A stretch of 64,000 nucleotides of DNA, taken from positions 58,340 to 122,339 of the forward strand of contig CAVTXS010000032.1 of the NCBI GenBank assembly GCA_963738705.1, given 5' to 3'. The translations under genes were made by a program, and so were the position numbers. This stretch comes from an uncultured Alphaproteobacteria bacterium. Its GTDB lineage: Bacteria; Pseudomonadota; Alphaproteobacteria; Rhizobiales; Xanthobacteraceae. Under the pieces are notes generated by a model, which was not told where the DNA came from, did not search any database, and saw only the letters and a program-made list of their open reading frames with translations. This document shows positions 62,197 through 64,000 of this stretch, one piece after another; the first letter of the stretch is position 1, and each line of letters starts with the position of its first letter.

Positions 62197-63165
62197 ATGA
62201 GCAAGCATATCATGTCCTGCGCCGGTATCGACACCGGCAAACACCAACTGCATGTCGCGCTCAACGGACGTAAGGACCGGCTGCAAGTCGCCAATACGGC
62301 GGAGGGTCACAAGAAGTTGCCGGCCTGGTTGCGCCGGCACCGGGTCAAGCGCGTCGGCATTGAGGCAAGCGGCGGCTACGAACAGGAGGTGGTTAGCGAA
62401 CTGCGTCGGAGTGGGTTTGTGGTCGTCGTATTCCAGCCCGCCCAGGTGCGTGCCTATGCCAGGTTCCATCTGCAGTTGGCCAAGAACGATAAGATCGACG
62501 CCGCCCTGATCGCGGATTGCACCGCGGCGATCAAGAAGATCCATCCCCCGCCGGATCCTCGGTTGGCGCCGTTTGCCGAGTGTTTGACGATGATCGAACA
62601 GATCGGAGAAGACATCGCTCGGGCCAAGACCCGCCTGGAGACCTGCCGCCACCCCGATATCCGTCGCTACTGGCGCGAGGCGATCGCCCGTGACGAGAAG
62701 CGAGAGAAGCTTGAGCTCAAGCAACTGGTGGCCGCCATCCGCCAGCATCCCGACCTCGAGCGGCTTGCTTTGATTGCCAGCATCGACGGCATCGGACTGC
62801 CGACGGCTGTTGCCATCCTGATCCGACTGCCCGAGATCGGATCGCTCACTCGAGAGCAAGCCGCTGCGCTCGCAGGCCTTGCTCCTTTCGATGACGATAG
62901 TGGCGAGCACTTCGGAGTGCGGCACATCAAAGGCGGCCGTGAGCGGCTGAGAACGGCCCTCTATCGCGCCGCATTGCCGGCCGCCTTCCGCTGGAACCGG
63001 CACCTCATCGATATCTACCGACGTTTGACCGCGAAAGGGAAGCTCCACAAGGTGGCACTGATCGCCTGCGCCAGAAAGCTGCTGATCTACGCCAATATCG
63101 TCGTCGCCCGCGGCACCCCATGGCTGCAAACACCAGCCGCCGTGGCCGCACCCAGCGTGAGGTGA
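62197..63165 (+). CDS. IS110-family transposase (DEDD recombinase)
   Basis: MSKHIMSCAGIDTGKHQLHVAL..VGIEASGGYE..KNDKIDAALIA (DEDD signature) and a C-terminal transposase_20-type region (IDGIGLPTAVAILIRLPEIG...RHIKGGRERLR). Confidence 0.9.
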   Translation: MSKHIMSCAGIDTGKHQLHVALNGRKDRLQVANTAEGHKKLPAWLRRHRVKRVGIEASGGYEQEVVSELRRSGFVVVVFQPAQVRAYARFHLQLAKNDKIDAALIADCTAAIKKIHPPPDPRLAPFAECLTMIEQIGEDIARAKTRLETCRHPDIRRYWREAIARDEKREKLELKQLVAAIRQHPDLERLALIASIDGIGLPTAVAILIRLPEIGSLTREQAAALAGLAPFDDDSGEHFGVRHIKGGRERLRTALYRAALPAAFRWNRHLIDIYRRLTAKGKLHKVALIACARKLLIYANIVVARGTPWLQTPAAVAAPSVR

Positions 63166-63173
63166 AGAACACT

Positions 63174-63305
63174 GCGGCCTTGATCGCTTGGATGCAAAGC
63201 TCGGACGCGGCGGCTGGTGTCAAGGACGGCTCTCGCCGCCGCGCAGCGGTTTCCTTGACACCAGCCGTCGCGTCCGAACACAACCGTCCAAGCGGTCAAG
63301 GCCGC
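63174..63305. repeat. 132-nt near-perfect extended hairpin 3' of the IS110 transposase gene
   Basis: 18-bp outer stem (63174..63191 / 63288..63305, 1 mismatch), a 9x10-nt internal loop, a 26-bp inner stem (63201..63226 / 63252..63277, 1 mismatch) and a 25-nt terminal loop. Confidence 0.8.
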
Positions 63306-63342
63306 ATCGCCCATTTAATGGTTGCTACCGACGGTTGGCCGC

Positions 63343-64000
63343 ATGAGCCGTGAATCCGCCATCGCCCGCGCCGAAGCGTATTTCGACAGCGGTGCCTTCA
63401 AGACCGATCTGGCGCGCCGGGTCGCGATCGCGACCGAGAGCCAGAACCCGGAGCGCGCGGACGAGCTGCGGCGCTACGTCGAGGACGAGATGAAGCCGGC
63501 CCTGGAGGCGCTCGGCTTTACCTGCCGCGTGCTCACGCATGCGCGCGGGCGCGGGCCGTTCCTCTTCGGCGAGCGCATCGAGGACCCCGGCCTGCAGACC
63601 GTCCTCGGCTACGGCCACGGCGACGTGATCCGCGGGCTGGAGGCCGGCTGGAAGGCCGGGCTGTCGCCCTGGCAGGTGACCGAGGTCGACGACCGCTACT
63701 ACGGGCGCGGCATCGCCGACAACAAGGGCCAGCACACGATCAACATCGCGGCGCTTGCCGCCGTGCTGCGAACGCGCGGCAAGCTCGGCTTCAACGCCAA
63801 GTGGCTGATCGAGATGGGCGAGGAAGTGGGTTCGCCGGGCTTGCGCGAGGTATGCGCGGAGAACCGCGACCTGTTCGCGGCGGACGTGCTGATCGGCTCG
63901 GATGGGCCGCGGCTGGCGATCGAGCAGCCCGGCATCTACCTCGGCACGCGCGGCGGTTTTCCGATCGACCTTTGGATCGACGCGCGCGAGGGCGGCCATC
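63343..64000 (+). CDS. M20-family metallopeptidase (dipeptidase-like), 3' end outside window
   Basis: Not on the track because there is no stop in the window. Hand translation from the ATG at 63343 gives MSRESAIARAEAYFDSGAFKTDLARRVAI...VLGYGHGDV...YYGRGIADNKGQH...EMGEEVGSPG. Confidence 0.8.
   Translation, partial: MSRESAIARAEAYFDSGAFKTDLARRVAIATESQNPERADELRRYVEDEMKPALEALGFTCRVLTHARGRGPFLFGERIEDPGLQTVLGYGHGDVIRGLEAGWKAGLSPWQVTEVDDRYYGRGIADNKGQHTINIAALAAVLRTRGKLGFNAKWLIEMGEEVGSPGLREVCAENRDLFAADVLIGSDGPRLAIEQPGIYLGTRGGFPIDLWIDAREGGH

Larger units (their letters stand above)
62000..63320 (+). mobile_element. IS110-family insertion sequence (ends approximate)
   Basis: A single DEDD-type transposase gene has about 200 bp of 5' and about 150 bp of 3' non-coding, highly structured flanks and no obvious terminal inverted repeats, as expected for IS110. 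Exact ends cannot be set from one copy. Confidence 0.6.

Overview
This is a high-GC (about 65-68% by eye) alphaproteobacterial chromosome segment. Gene content, the rplU-rpmA-GNAT-obg-proB synteny and the 'catgcccggc...ccacgtctt...aagacgtgg...gccgggcatg' REP hairpins fit Nitrobacteraceae/Bradyrhizobiaceae (Bradyrhizobium/Rhodopseudomonas/Afipia-like). I call about 65 protein genes.

Content:
- Housekeeping genes: ftsY, proB, obg, rpmA, rplU, pyrD, ndh, lepA, ispG, zur, glk.
- A long minus-strand catabolic/transport array (28.5-44.6 kb): MBL lactonase-like, pcaC, family III CoA-transferase, MaoC hydratase, MetE-like, pcaGH, thiolase, SDR, MmgE/PrpD, an Fe3+-type ABC importer with tandem binding proteins, and a second CoA-transferase.
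- A TarD-like enolase / TctC / cyclase group, and a TPP enzyme.
- A Dpp/Opp-type ABC operon (54.9-61.9 kb), followed by an IS110-family element and a partial M20 dipeptidase.
- Small, visibly lower-GC accessory islets: MazEF-like and BrnTA toxin-antitoxin modules with a MITE-like element (21.6-23.8 kb), a DUF4160/DUF2442 pair, a Uma2 endonuclease, and a class-3 lipase islet bounded by a duplicated gene tail.
- At least three families of REP-like palindromic repeats.
- No rRNA, tRNA or CRISPR array was seen.

Main caveat: about 45 apparent single-base frameshifts, mostly +1 insertions, are strongly clustered at 11.7-15.1 kb and 54.9-61.9 kb. They hit essential genes (rpmA, rplU, pyrD), so they look like local sequence-quality problems rather than true pseudogenes. 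This cannot be settled without reads.

I found no clear novel multi-gene system. The best leads are the IS110 flanks (candidate bridge RNA and a 132-nt hairpin), the MITE-like element, the lipase islet, the inverted rpmA-start fragment and the atypical pca cluster.
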